From an uncultured Muribaculaceae bacterium (GTDB lineage: Bacteria; Bacillota_I; Bacilli_A; RF39; UBA660): DNA of 46,168 nt. The notes under the pieces were generated by a model, which made no database searches, was not told the DNA's origin, and saw only the letters and a list, made by a program, of their open reading frames with translations. Made by a program: the position numbers and the translations under genes. Where the stretch lies: contig CAYJHI010000001.1 in the NCBI GenBank assembly GCA_964370085.1, forward strand, positions 1 to 46,168, written 5' to 3'. Positions 18,038 to 27,516 of this stretch are shown here, one piece after another (the stretch's first letter is position 1; the number at the start of each line of letters is the position of its first letter).

Positions 18038-18650
18038 AGTAATTTTAATAGAAGAATACTTAGAAGAAATGTTTCCTGATCCAAAATGTGAACTTAATTA
18101 TAGTAAAGATTATGAGTTGTTGATTGCAACGATGTTAAGTGCTCAGACAACTGATAAGAGGGTTAACTTAGTTACGGAAGTACTGTTTGGTAAATATCCT
18201 ACTCCCCAAGATTTTCGTAATGCAGAAATTAGTGATTTGGAAGAGATTATTAGATCATTAGGTTCTTTTAGAAAAAAGAGTGTTTATATAAAAGAGATTG
18301 CAGAAAGATTAAAAAACTATGATGATGTGTTACCGGATAATGGTGAGTTGTTAAAGTCTTTTCCTGGTGTCGGTAGAAAGACTATTAATGTTGTTTATAG
18401 TGTTTTATATAATGTACCTGCTATTGCAGTTGATACTCATGTAGAGAGAGTTAGTAAGAGACTTGGTTTGGCCAAGGATAGTGCATCTGTTTTAGAGGTG
18501 GAAAAATCGTTGATGAAGTGTTTTAGAAAAGATACTTGGTGTAAACGTCATCATCAGTTAGTTTTATTTGGTCGATATCATTGCAAAGCTGTTTGTCCTT
18601 GTTGTGATAGTTGTAAAATTAGTAATATTTGTAAGAAAAAAAAGAACTGA
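18027..18650 (+). CDS. nth: Endonuclease III
   Basis: True start MTNKVILIEEYL at 18027, overlapping dnaD by 11 nt. HhH-GPD region (LSAQTTD, PGVGRKTINVV, DTHVERV) and a C-terminal Cys cluster (CKAVCPCCDSC...C). Confidence 0.9.
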   Translation: MTNKVILIEEYLEEMFPDPKCELNYSKDYELLIATMLSAQTTDKRVNLVTEVLFGKYPTPQDFRNAEISDLEEIIRSLGSFRKKSVYIKEIAERLKNYDDVLPDNGELLKSFPGVGRKTINVVYSVLYNVPAIAVDTHVERVSKRLGLAKDSASVLEVEKSLMKCFRKDTWCKRHHQLVLFGRYHCKAVCPCCDSCKISNICKKKKN

Positions 18651-18664
18651 AAATTCAGTTCTTT
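18641..18664. terminator. Bidirectional terminator between nth and ponA
   Basis: AAAGAACTGA-aaat-TCAGTTCTTT, flanked by an A-run and a T-run. Overlaps both stop codons. Confidence 0.8.
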
Positions 18665-21483
18665 TAAACTATATTAACAGTAATAGTGAATTCTTTGGTG
18701 TAATCTTCATATGTTACTGTATATATTATTTTGTAGGTTGCTCCGGTTTTACTTGTATCTAATGTTGTAACTTTTGTTCCTGTACCATCTGTAATAATAT
18801 ATTCTATTTTAGTACTACTTGTAATATCAGTTCCATCGTCTGTTACTTTAATAGCATTTTTTCCTTCTTGTATTATATAATTTCCATTAGTGGCAATATT
18901 GACTGCACTTGGAATAATTAAGGAACTTGTAACTTTACTTGTATCCGGTTCTGTGCTTGGTTCTGCTAAGACATAAGAAGCACTTGCACTTTCTTTTCCT
19001 GATGGTGTTTCGTATGTTGCGTATACTTTATAAGTTCCGTATGGATCACTTATATTACTTATTACATACGATGTATTGGTTGTAAAGTCATATGTTTTTC
19101 CATCATAAACAACTTTATATCCTAATGCTCCATAAGCATCACTACTAGCTCCTGGAACAGCATTCCAAGATAGTGTTACTTTGTTGTTTTCATAAACAAC
19201 TTTAAAGTTAGTAGGAGTTGTTAATACTGTTGCATCGTATTTATCTGATGTTTCAGTTGGTTCAGTTCCTTTTTTAAATAATTCATATGCTATATCTTCT
19301 TCTGGTGTGTTAGGGCCTGCTAATTTAGGAGGGTCTGTCCATTTTTCAACGGCAACTTCAACAACGCTTGATGGCATTGAGAATGGTTGGTTATTTGTTC
19401 CTAATACATTAGTGACAGTTGTTCTAAATAATCTTTCACGAGCATTAGCTGCTTCAATCATTCTAGTGTAATGTTCACTTGTTGTTTCATCATATCCATA
19501 CCATAGTGCAATTGTTGTTTCGCTTGAATATCCAACAGCCCATGTATCATTAACACTGTCTGATGGAATTCCTCTGGCAGCGGCAACTTCTGCAGTGAAG
19601 TTAGTTGTTCCTGTTTTAGCTGCTATATTAGTTATAGGACTTCCTTGAATTGTAACATCTTGTATGACATCTGTTATCATATAAGCAGTTGAATCACTCA
19701 TAACTTGTGTTGGATCTACTGTATGTTCAATTGTTTCGTTAGTGTCTCTGTAAACAAATTTACTGACTGTGTAGGGTTCGTTATAATATCCACCGTTACC
19801 AAATGATGCATATGCTGCGGCCATTTCTACAGGATTTGTACCTGTAAATGATCCGATGGAATGCGCTTCATGTATTCGTCCGTTTTCTACTTCTGGACTT
19901 AATCCTAAGCTTTCGACAAAACTAACTATCTTAGTATTATCTACTTGTTGGAAGGCTTTTAAAGCTGGTATATTACGCGAAGTTGCTAGGGCAGTTCTTA
20001 GAGTAATAGTTCCTAGATAAGATCCATCCCAGTTATTCATGGCTTGACCACTACTATAAGAGTATGGTTCATCTTCAAATGGTGTGTAAGTTGAAAAATT
20101 GTTGTATTCCATTCCTGGTGCGTAGTCAAATAATGCTTTAGCTGTTGAACCTGGTTGACGATTAATATCGGTTGCGAAACTGAAGTTATTAACACCTTCT
20201 GCTCTGTTTCTTCCTGCTCCTACTGCGATTAAGGCTCCTGTGTCGTTATCAACAACAGCTATTCCGGTTTGAATAACATCATCTTTCCAAGTGAATGTTT
20301 CTCCGTTTTGAATTTTTTCTACTTCTGTTTGTTTTGTTTGATCTAAATTTGTATAAACTAGAAGTGGAGTAGTATATGGATTAACTTGATACTTTTCAGT
20401 TAATTCTTTTGCTACAGCATCAATGTAATCTTGATATTGATTACTTGTAGAAGTGTTTGTATCTTTTAATAGACTTTCTACGGGGATAGCTGCTGCTATT
20501 TCTCTTTCTTCTGCTGTTATATATCCATGTCTTTCCATTAAGTAAAGTACTGTATCTTGTCTTTCTTCAGCATTTTCTGGATATGAAGCTGGGCTATAAT
20601 AGTTAGGTGATTTAAATAATCCTGCTATTATAGAAGCTTCTGCTAAATTAAGTTCTGTTGCACTTTTACCAAAATATTCTTGACTAGCTTGTTCTACTCC
20701 CCAAGCTGTTCCTCCTAAATAGTGATTGTTAACATAATATTCGAAAATTTCTTCTTTTGTATAATTTTGTTCTAGTTTGAAAATAGCTAGGTATATATCT
20801 TGAGCCTTTCTAATAATACCGTCTATACCATCATCTTCACTAGAAGTAAAACTGTTTTTAATAACCTGCATTGTAATAGTAGAAGCTCCTCCAGCATCAG
20901 AGTTACCAACTGCTTGACCTGCAGTTGCTACTAAGAAACGTGGTGCGTCAAATCCATTATGTTGGAAATAACGAGAATCTTCAGTAGCGACAATTGCATC
21001 AATTAAAACTTGAGGCATTTCATCATAAGTAACTTTTTCACGCATCTGTGCACCAATTTTAGCGAATTCTACTCCATTTTGATCGTAAAGAATAGTTGCT
21101 TCTTTTACGTAAAGTTTTGATACGTCAAATAATGGGTTTGCTGTAATAACAATGTAAACAATAAATCCACTGGCTGCAACAGCGCCGATTATTCCTATGG
21201 ATAAGAACGTAATTATTATGACATTAAATATAGTTCTTTGCTTTTTATTTTTTCTGGTTTTAGCAAGTAGTTTTGAGAATCCTAATATTAAGGCTATTCC
21301 TGCTGCTAATATTAATGTAACAGGTATTCCAAATAAAATTGCAAATAATAATAGGAAAACTGCTATTATACCAAGGAACAATAATTGTCTTCTTTTGGCT
21401 TGAACACTTTTCTTTTTTACTACTTTTTTCTTTGTACCTGTATTTTTTTTTGTAGTTGTATTACTTTTTTTCTTTGTGGCCAT
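18664..21483 (-). CDS. ponA: Class A penicillin-binding protein (PBP1A/1B type) with a C-terminal FN3 plus Ig-like extension
   Basis: Start MATKKKS at 21483 behind GGAGGT. Glycosyltransferase motif EDSRYFQHNG. Transpeptidase motifs STAK, SRN and KTG. The last ~185 aa look like an FN3 domain (NFKVVYENNKVTLSWNAV...) plus a beta-rich domain. Confidence 0.92.
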   Translation of the reverse strand: MATKKKSNTTTKKNTGTKKKVVKKKSVQAKRRQLLFLGIIAVFLLLFAILFGIPVTLILAAGIALILGFSKLLAKTRKNKKQRTIFNVIIITFLSIGIIGAVAASGFIVYIVITANPLFDVSKLYVKEATILYDQNGVEFAKIGAQMREKVTYDEMPQVLIDAIVATEDSRYFQHNGFDAPRFLVATAGQAVGNSDAGGASTITMQVIKNSFTSSEDDGIDGIIRKAQDIYLAIFKLEQNYTKEEIFEYYVNNHYLGGTAWGVEQASQEYFGKSATELNLAEASIIAGLFKSPNYYSPASYPENAEERQDTVLYLMERHGYITAEEREIAAAIPVESLLKDTNTSTSNQYQDYIDAVAKELTEKYQVNPYTTPLLVYTNLDQTKQTEVEKIQNGETFTWKDDVIQTGIAVVDNDTGALIAVGAGRNRAEGVNNFSFATDINRQPGSTAKALFDYAPGMEYNNFSTYTPFEDEPYSYSSGQAMNNWDGSYLGTITLRTALATSRNIPALKAFQQVDNTKIVSFVESLGLSPEVENGRIHEAHSIGSFTGTNPVEMAAAYASFGNGGYYNEPYTVSKFVYRDTNETIEHTVDPTQVMSDSTAYMITDVIQDVTIQGSPITNIAAKTGTTNFTAEVAAARGIPSDSVNDTWAVGYSSETTIALWYGYDETTSEHYTRMIEAANARERLFRTTVTNVLGTNNQPFSMPSSVVEVAVEKWTDPPKLAGPNTPEEDIAYELFKKGTEPTETSDKYDATVLTTPTNFKVVYENNKVTLSWNAVPGASSDAYGALGYKVVYDGKTYDFTTNTSYVISNISDPYGTYKVYATYETPSGKESASASYVLAEPSTEPDTSKVTSSLIIPSAVNIATNGNYIIQEGKNAIKVTDDGTDITSSTKIEYIITDGTGTKVTTLDTSKTGATYKIIYTVTYEDYTKEFTITVNIV

Positions 21484-22039
21484 TTTGTACCTCCATTTTA
21501 TCAATGATTTCTATATAATCTATTCTTGGCTCATATTTTTCTTTTATTATATATCCATACTCTTTAAAAAAAGATATAGGAATAGAAACTCTTGTCTCTT
21601 TACTTACAAATTCAATTAGTTTTTTTCCTGGTAAGAGATAAGTTTCATTTAAAACGGTGAATCTAACGATTAGAAAACCTATTCCTTTTTCATCAACAAT
21701 GTTTTTTATGTGTTCAATTTGATGTTTGTGAATATTACTTAAAGGAAATGATGTTTTACTTTTGGTTTCTTTAGCTTCGAAATCGATATATTGTCCTTTG
21801 TATATTCCATTATAATCAGTAGTAGATGGCATTTCAAAAAACGCTTCTTTGATAGTGGCTTTTTTGTAATCTACTTTGGTTATTTTAATCGGAGTTGGTT
21901 TCTTATAAATATATGCTTTTTTATTTCTTTTATAATAATCATTAGTAAGATTTAATTCGCTTTCAAGAGTCATTCCTCTGTTAGCGTAATTTGTAATTTT
22001 GCTAGTGTTTATTGGTTTTGTGCCTGTGGGGTATTTCAT
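21461..22039 (-). CDS. recU: Holliday junction resolvase RecU
   Basis: 192 aa. NYANRGMTLESELNLTNDYY... In the recU-ponA operon arrangement. Its 3' end overlaps the ponA start by 23 nt. Confidence 0.9.
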   Translation of the reverse strand: MKYPTGTKPINTSKITNYANRGMTLESELNLTNDYYKRNKKAYIYKKPTPIKITKVDYKKATIKEAFFEMPSTTDYNGIYKGQYIDFEAKETKSKTSFPLSNIHKHQIEHIKNIVDEKGIGFLIVRFTVLNETYLLPGKKLIEFVSKETRVSIPISFFKEYGYIIKEKYEPRIDYIEIIDKMEVQNGHKEKK

Positions 22040-22162
22040 TAAATCACCTACCTATAATTGTAGCATATTCACTTATTTTTTACTAGTCTTAAATTAATTG
22101 TCTTTGTTTGTCGAATTGGATGTAATTTGTTAGAAAATAGGTTATATTATTTGTGAGGTGAA

Positions 22163-22285
22163 ATGATGAATGTGATTGAAATTATCGAGGTGTTGAACCG
22201 TATGATAGAGAAGACTAAAGAAATTAAAAGAGAAGAGAAGGTTATTCGTTTAAATAATAGTGTAAAAAAAGATTTTGTGGTATAA
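22163..22285 (+). CDS. Possible 40-aa micro-ORF (MMNVIEIIEVLNRMIEKTKEIKREEKVIRLNNSVKKDFVV)
   Basis: GAGGTG RBS directly upstream. Not in the ORF track because it is under 60 aa. No homology recognised. Confidence 0.3.
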   Translation: MMNVIEIIEVLNRMIEKTKEIKREEKVIRLNNSVKKDFVV

Positions 22286-22307
22286 TATCTAGCACAGAGG
22301 TGATATA

Positions 22308-22823
22308 GTGATTGATGAAATATTAGATAAAATAGAAAATAATGAAGAAATAACAGATGAAGAAGCACATGAATTTGTTGATTCTTTGCTTCTTAGTATT
22401 AAAAATATGCTTAGTGACATTAGAGTTAGTCAGGCGATGTATAAGATAGTTGCTGTTGGTTCTAAATTTAAGTTATGTAGAGATTTGGAAGAGGATTTTT
22501 CTAAAACAGTATGTAGAGAACTTGCGTTTGAAAAGAAAGTTTATAAGAAAGCTAAGCAGTTACTTTTAGAATATAAGAGTGAACCATTAGTAGAAGATAG
22601 TGAAAATGATAAGTTGACGATGTCTCTTTATATGTTAGATACAATGTCTTCTTTGCAGATAGAGAGAAATGTATATAAAGATAGAATGGTTGATATAAGT
22701 GAGTTAAAAAGAGAAAATATAAGTGTTAATACTATTCCTAAACGTGTTTCTTATTTAGATAATAATATTATTGATGTATCTCTAATAAAGAAGATGATTG
22801 ATTCTAAAGAGAAATCTAATTGA
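22308..22823 (+). CDS. Hypothetical protein (171 aa)
   Basis: GTG start 5 nt after GAGGTGA. Helical, charged sequence. Lies between recU and gpsB. Confidence 0.6.
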   Translation: MIDEILDKIENNEEITDEEAHEFVDSLLLSIKNMLSDIRVSQAMYKIVAVGSKFKLCRDLEEDFSKTVCRELAFEKKVYKKAKQLLLEYKSEPLVEDSENDKLTMSLYMLDTMSSLQIERNVYKDRMVDISELKRENISVNTIPKRVSYLDNNIIDVSLIKKMIDSKEKSN

Positions 22824-22875
22824 CAAAAGACTGTTTTTTTGAGAAAATATATCATATAAAGGATTGGTGATTATT

Positions 22876-23202
22876 GTGTACGAGAATAAAGTTAATCTTG
22901 CTCCACAGGATATATTAGAAAAAGAATTTAAGATTGATACTAGAGGATATAGATTAAAAGAAGTAGATCACTTTTTAGATGTAATAATTGGTGATTATGA
23001 ACAATTTTTTCAAATAATTAAATCCTTAGAAAAAGAAAAAGATCAGTTGTTAGAAGAGATATTACGTTTGAAACAAGAAATACGTAATGTTAAAGTAAAT
23101 ATGGAAATTGCAAGAGAAGAGGATAAAGGTGAAATGACTAATGTTGATGTACTTAGACGTCTTGCTCAACTTGAAAAAATAATTTATGGAAATGATGAAT
23201 AA
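22876..23202 (+). CDS. gpsB: Cell cycle protein GpsB (DivIVA-domain)
   Basis: Preferred start is GTG 22876, 5 nt after GGTGA (the track start is 22864). YENKVNLAPQDILEKEFKIDTRGYRLKEVDHFLDVII aligns with the B. subtilis GpsB N-terminus. Coiled-coil C-terminus. Confidence 0.85.
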   Translation: MYENKVNLAPQDILEKEFKIDTRGYRLKEVDHFLDVIIGDYEQFFQIIKSLEKEKDQLLEEILRLKQEIRNVKVNMEIAREEDKGEMTNVDVLRRLAQLEKIIYGNDE

Positions 23203-23556
23203 TTTCAGGACAAACGCTGTATTTTTTAGAATATAGAGGAAAGTCCATGCTCACAAAAGCTGAGATGTTTTTAGTGTTCGTGCATAGGGAAAAAATAACC
23301 TATGGTAGAGTAATCTAACGGCGAAGAAGGTAGCTAAGTCTTAGGATATGTTATTAGTATTTGTAAAGTGCCACAGTGACGATAGTTTATAGAAATTTAA
23401 ACGTGAAACGATGGTAAACCCCGCGAGTGAGAAACCCAAAATTGGTAGGGGAGCTTCAATGAAGGAATTTGAACGGATTTGAGGACTAAAGTAATTTAGT
23501 AGATAGATGTTTGTCGCCTAGTAATAGGAACAGAACATGGCTTATATTGAAATTAT
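23201..23556 (+). ncRNA. rnpB: RNase P RNA, type B
   Basis: Conserved blocks GAGGAAAGTCCATGCTCAC, GCTGAGATG..TAGTGTTCGTGC, AAAGTGCCACAGTGACGA, GGTAAACCCCGCGAGTGAGAAACCCAAA..TTGGTAGGGGA, TAGATAGATG and ACAGAACATGGCTTA. P1 pairs AATTTCA (23201-07) with TGAAATT (23548-54). Ends are approximate. Confidence 0.93.
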
Positions 23557-23576
23557 TTATGATAGAGGTGTTTAAT

Positions 23577-24050
23577 TTGAAAGATTTAGGTGAATATTTA
23601 AGGGAAAGTCGTATTAACAATGCTGTTAGTATAGAAGAGGCTTGTGCTGACTTAAATATGGATCAATTACATTTGGAAAATATTGAATTAGGTAATATTC
23701 GTGCTTTCAAAGATGTATATATATTAAAAGATTATATTAAGATTTATGCTAAGTATTTAGGATTAGATGCAAATAAAATTTTAGATGAGTTTAATGACTT
23801 TTTGTTTGAACATACTTCGAAAATATCATTAGATGATATTAAAAGTGCTAGAGCTAAGGAAAAAGAAGAGAAGAAGATTATTTCACCTTATACGATGGAA
23901 GTAAAAGTACAAAGGAATTTTTTACCAATGATTTTGATTATTGCGGGTGTTTCTTTATTACTTTTTGTAGTTGTTTTACTTTTTCAGGCATCTGGAGATG
24001 AAGTTGTTAATAGAGAATTGATGGAGGTAGTATATGACTTTACCAAATAA
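23577..24050 (+). CDS. rodZ: RodZ-like protein (N-terminal HTH, single TM)
   Basis: Preferred start is TTG 23577, 6 nt after AGAGGTG. The track start at 23511 lies inside rnpB. XRE-type HTH (LGEYLRESRINNAVSIEEACADLNM) and a TM helix (LPMILIIAGVSLLLFVVVLLF). Sits upstream of pgsA, like B. subtilis ymfM. Confidence 0.7.
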   Translation: MKDLGEYLRESRINNAVSIEEACADLNMDQLHLENIELGNIRAFKDVYILKDYIKIYAKYLGLDANKILDEFNDFLFEHTSKISLDDIKSARAKEKEEKKIISPYTMEVKVQRNFLPMILIIAGVSLLLFVVVLLFQASGDEVVNRELMEVVYDFTK

Positions 24051-24630
24051 GTTGACTGTTTTAAGATTAATTTTGTCAGTAGTTATCATTGTTATTTTGG
24101 TTTTTCCTTTTTATGAAGTTGGACTAGAATTTCCTAAGTTATTAGTTAATGGTATTTTTGTTAGAAGTGAGTATTTAATTGCAGGTGGATTATTTATTAT
24201 TGCAAGTATTACAGATTTTTTAGATGGGTATATTGCTAGAAAATATAATTTAATTACAGATACTGGTAAGATGTTAGATGCTATTGCTGATAAAGTTTTA
24301 GTTAATAGTTGTTTAATTATATTAGCAGCTCATAATTTTGTTCCTGTAATTATTCCTGTTGTATTAGTACTTAGAGATATTGTTGTTAATGCAATTAAAA
24401 TGGAAGCATCAGCTAAAGGGAAAGTAGTTGCTGCAATTGGGTCTGGTAAAATTAAAACAGCTTGTTTAATGATAGGTATTACATTAATGTTTTTCTATAA
24501 CATGCCGTTTGAATTTTATGATTTAAGAATTGCTGATTTTATGCTATATTTTGCAACTATAATGTCTATTTTATCTGCTTGGGAATATTATAGAATTAAT
24601 AAAAAACTACTTTTCAGTAAAGAAAAGTAA
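24034..24630 (+). CDS. pgsA: CDP-diacylglycerol--glycerol-3-phosphate 3-phosphatidyltransferase
   Basis: CDP-alcohol phosphatidyltransferase motif DFLDGYIARKYNLITDTGKMLDAIADKV. Multi-TM. Confidence 0.92.
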   Translation: MTLPNKLTVLRLILSVVIIVILVFPFYEVGLEFPKLLVNGIFVRSEYLIAGGLFIIASITDFLDGYIARKYNLITDTGKMLDAIADKVLVNSCLIILAAHNFVPVIIPVVLVLRDIVVNAIKMEASAKGKVVAAIGSGKIKTACLMIGITLMFFYNMPFEFYDLRIADFMLYFATIMSILSAWEYYRINKKLLFSKEK

Positions 24631-24633
24631 TGT

Positions 24634-24664
24634 AAAACACTCTTTTGTTTAGAGTGTTTTTTTA
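24634..24664 (+). terminator. Rho-independent terminator of pgsA
   Basis: AAAACACTCT-tttgttt-AGAGTGTTTT hairpin plus a T-run. Confidence 0.8.
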
Positions 24665-24695
24665 TTTTGTCTTTATTTATAAGGGGAAAACACAA

Positions 24696-24709
24696 CATAC
24701 ATTTGTTCG
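24696..24709. promoter_or_regulatory. Degenerate LexA (Cheo) box candidate upstream of recA
   Basis: Reverse strand reads CGAACAAATGTATG against the consensus CGAAC-N4-GTTCG. One half-site is perfect and the other is GTAT. Located just upstream of the -35 element. Confidence 0.35.
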
Positions 24710-24719
24710 TAAAAAATGC

Positions 24720-24748
24720 TTGCTTTTTTGAAAATAGTAGGGTACAAT
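24720..24748 (+). promoter_or_regulatory. Sigma-A-type promoter of recA
   Basis: TTGCTT, a 17-nt spacer, then TACAAT, about 27 nt before the AGGAGG RBS. Confidence 0.6.
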
Positions 24749-24775
24749 TGATTTAGTTAGTAGGAGGAATATTAA

Positions 24776-25795
24776 ATGACTAATAAACAAGTAGATAAAA
24801 ATAAGGCTTTAGAGCAAGTGTTGAATGATATTGAAAAGCAATTTGGTAAGGGTTCAATTATGAAATTAGGCGATAGTAAACATATGGAAGTAGAAGTTGT
24901 TTCTAGTGGTTCGTTATCTGTTGATATTGCTTTGGGAGTAGGTGGACATACTAAAGGAAGAATAACAGAGATTTATGGTCCTGAATCTTCTGGTAAAACA
25001 ACTATTGCTTTGCATGCAGTAGCAGAAGTGCAAAAAGCAGGAGGTAGAGCAGCGTTTATTGATGCAGAACATGCGTTAGATCCTGTGTATGCTAAAAACT
25101 TAGGTGTTAATATCAATGAATTATTGTTATCTCAACCTGATACTGGTGAACAAGCTTTAGAAATTTGTGAAGCATTAGTTCGTAGTGAAGCGGTTAATAT
25201 TATTGTTATTGATTCAGTTGCAGCTTTGGTGCCGCAGGCGGAAATTGATGGTGAAATGGGAGATTCTCATGTTGGTTTACAAGCAAGACTTATGAGTCAA
25301 GCCCTTAGAAAATTATCAGGTACTATTAATAAGACAAAAACCATTGTTATTTTTATTAATCAATTGAGAGAAAAAGTTGGTGTTATGTTTGGTAATCCTG
25401 AAACAACACCTGGTGGTAGAGCTTTAAAATTTTATTCTACTGTAAGACTTGAAATTAGAAGAAGTGAAGCTTTAAAAATTGGTGATGGTATTATTGGTAA
25501 TAAAACAAATATTAAAGTTGTTAAAAATAAAGTGGCTCCACCTTTTAAGGTTGCTTCTGTTGATATTATGTATGGTGAAGGTATTTCTAAAGAAGGTGAA
25601 TTAGTTGATTTAGGTGCTGAATCTGGAGTTGTTGAAAAAAGCGGAGCTTGGTATGCATACAATGGAGAAAAGTTAGGTCAAGGTAAAGAAAATGTTAAGC
25701 TTCTATTAAAAGAAAACAAGAAATTAGCGAATGAAATTGAAAAGAAAATTAGAGATTTTTATGGAATTGGTCTTTCTACTGAGGGTTCTAAATAG
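24776..25795 (+). CDS. recA: Recombinase RecA
   Basis: 339 aa. Contains [22 protein letters not shown], Walker [10 protein letters not shown] and IVIDSVAAL. Confidence 0.98.
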   Translation: MTNKQVDKNKALEQVLNDIEKQFGKGSIMKLGDSKHMEVEVVSSGSLSVDIALGVGGHTKGRITEIYGPESSGKTTIALHAVAEVQKAGGRAAFIDAEHALDPVYAKNLGVNINELLLSQPDTGEQALEICEALVRSEAVNIIVIDSVAALVPQAEIDGEMGDSHVGLQARLMSQALRKLSGTINKTKTIVIFINQLREKVGVMFGNPETTPGGRALKFYSTVRLEIRRSEALKIGDGIIGNKTNIKVVKNKVAPPFKVASVDIMYGEGISKEGELVDLGAESGVVEKSGAWYAYNGEKLGQGKENVKLLLKENKKLANEIEKKIRDFYGIGLSTEGSK

Positions 25796-25821
25796 AATTC
25801 TTTTCTTTTAGTTTGTTTATC

Positions 25822-25850
25822 TTGACATTATAGGCGAACGACTTTACAAT
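25822..25850 (+). promoter_or_regulatory. Consensus sigma-A promoter of rny
   Basis: TTGACA, a 17-nt spacer, then TACAAT. Confidence 0.7.
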
Positions 25851-25902
25851 AGAAGTAGATTTCTATTTAATATAATTAAATAAATCTAGAATGGAGGTAC
25901 TT

Positions 25903-27456
25903 ATGGAAAACGTACTATTCTCCATTTCACTTGTTATAATTGGATTATTATCTGGTGTTGCTATTATGGTTTTTGTAAATAATCGTAAAGAAAATAATGC
26001 TAAAAAAGAAGCAGAAATGATTATTGAAAAGGCTAAAAAAGAAGCAGATAGAAATAAAAGAGATTCTCTACTTGAATCTAAAGAGGAGATTCATAAAGCA
26101 AAGTTAGAATTTGATAAAGAGATGAAAGAAAAGAAACTTGAATTTAAAACGGCAGAAGATCGTCTTTTACAAAGAGAAACTAATATTGATAAGAGAGATG
26201 AATTATATCAAAAAAGAGAAAATTCTTTGAATGAGAGAGAAAATGGTTTGTCTTTAAAACAAAAAGAAATTCAAGAAGAACAAGGAAGAATAGAGAGTAT
26301 TAAGGAAGAACAACTATTGTTATTACAAGATATTGCTAAATTTAATAAGGATAAGGCAAAAGAATTGATAATGCAACGAGTTGAAGAAACAATGAATAGG
26401 GAAATATCAGAATATATTTATGAGAAAGAGGCAGAAGCTAAATTAGAAGTAGATAAGCGTTCTAAAGATATGTTAGTTATGTCAATGCAAAAATATGCTG
26501 CTGATGTTGCTAATGAACAAACAGTTACAGTTATTAATTTACCTAGTGATGAAATGAAAGGTAGATTAATTGGTAGAGAGGGTAGAAATATTCGAACTAT
26601 AGAAGCTATTACAGGTGTTGATTTAATTATAGATGATACTCCTGAAGCAGTGGTTATTTCTAGTTTTGATCCTTATCGTAGAGAAATTGCAAGATTAACC
26701 ATTGAGACTTTAATTAAAGATGGGAGAATTCATCCTACTAGAATTGAAGAATTGTATGATAAGATTTGTAAAGATATGAAAGCTAAAGTTATTGAATATG
26801 GTACTGAGTCATTATTTGAGTTAGGTATTACAAAGGTTGATCCAGCTTTAGTAGAAATTATTGGGCGTTTATATTTTAGAACTAGTTTTGGACAAAATGC
26901 TTTACAACATTCTAAAGAGGTTGCTGAACTTAGTGGAGTTTTAGCGGGGGAACTTGGAGAAAATGTTGCATTAGCTAAGAGAGCTGGTTTACTTCATGAT
27001 ATTGGTAAAGCTATTGATCATGAAATAGAAGGTAGTCATGTTGAAATTGGATCTGATTTAGCTAAAAAGTATCATGAAAATAATATCGTTATTAATGCGA
27101 TCGAATCTCATCATGGTGATGTTGCTTCTAACAGTGTTATTTCAGTTATAGTTGCTATAGCAGATGCTTTATCTGCATCGCGTCCTGGAGCTAGAAATGA
27201 TTCTTTAGAAAACTATATAAAGAGACTTGCTCAATTAGAAGAAGTTGGTAATAATATTAATGGTGTGGAAAAAACATTTGCTGTTCAAGCTGGTAGAGAA
27301 TTAAGAGTTATTGTTAAACCAGAAGAAGTTGATGATTTAGCAAGTTATAAAATTGCTAGAGATGTTAAAGAAAAAATTGAAAGTACAATGCAATATCCTG
27401 GTACTATTAAAATTACTGTTATTAGAGAAACAAGAGCACAAGAAGAAGCTAAGTAA
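25903..27456 (+). CDS. rny: Ribonuclease Y
   Basis: Start at ATG 25903 behind GGAGGT (track 25891). N-terminal TM, coiled coil, KH motif ([15 protein letters not shown]) and HD domain (LLHDIGKA). Confidence 0.96.
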   Translation: MENVLFSISLVIIGLLSGVAIMVFVNNRKENNAKKEAEMIIEKAKKEADRNKRDSLLESKEEIHKAKLEFDKEMKEKKLEFKTAEDRLLQRETNIDKRDELYQKRENSLNERENGLSLKQKEIQEEQGRIESIKEEQLLLLQDIAKFNKDKAKELIMQRVEETMNREISEYIYEKEAEAKLEVDKRSKDMLVMSMQKYAADVANEQTVTVINLPSDEMKGRLIGREGRNIRTIEAITGVDLIIDDTPEAVVISSFDPYRREIARLTIETLIKDGRIHPTRIEELYDKICKDMKAKVIEYGTESLFELGITKVDPALVEIIGRLYFRTSFGQNALQHSKEVAELSGVLAGELGENVALAKRAGLLHDIGKAIDHEIEGSHVEIGSDLAKKYHENNIVINAIESHHGDVASNSVISVIVAIADALSASRPGARNDSLENYIKRLAQLEEVGNNINGVEKTFAVQAGRELRVIVKPEEVDDLASYKIARDVKEKIESTMQYPGTIKITVIRETRAQEEAK

Positions 27457-27468
27457 GCTTCTTTTTTA
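27441..27468 (+). terminator. Rho-independent terminator of rny
   Basis: AAGAAGCT-aagta-AGCTTCTT hairpin plus a T-run, overlapping the stop codon. Confidence 0.7.
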
Positions 27469-27497
27469 TTGCTATTCCTATGTTAAGGTGGTACTAT
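27469..27497 (+). promoter_or_regulatory. Sigma-A-type promoter of the paralog pair
   Basis: TTGCTA, a 17-nt spacer, then TACTAT, followed by a GTGAGGG RBS. Confidence 0.5.
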
Positions 27498-27516
27498 TAG
27501 GTTAAGTGAGGGTTTT

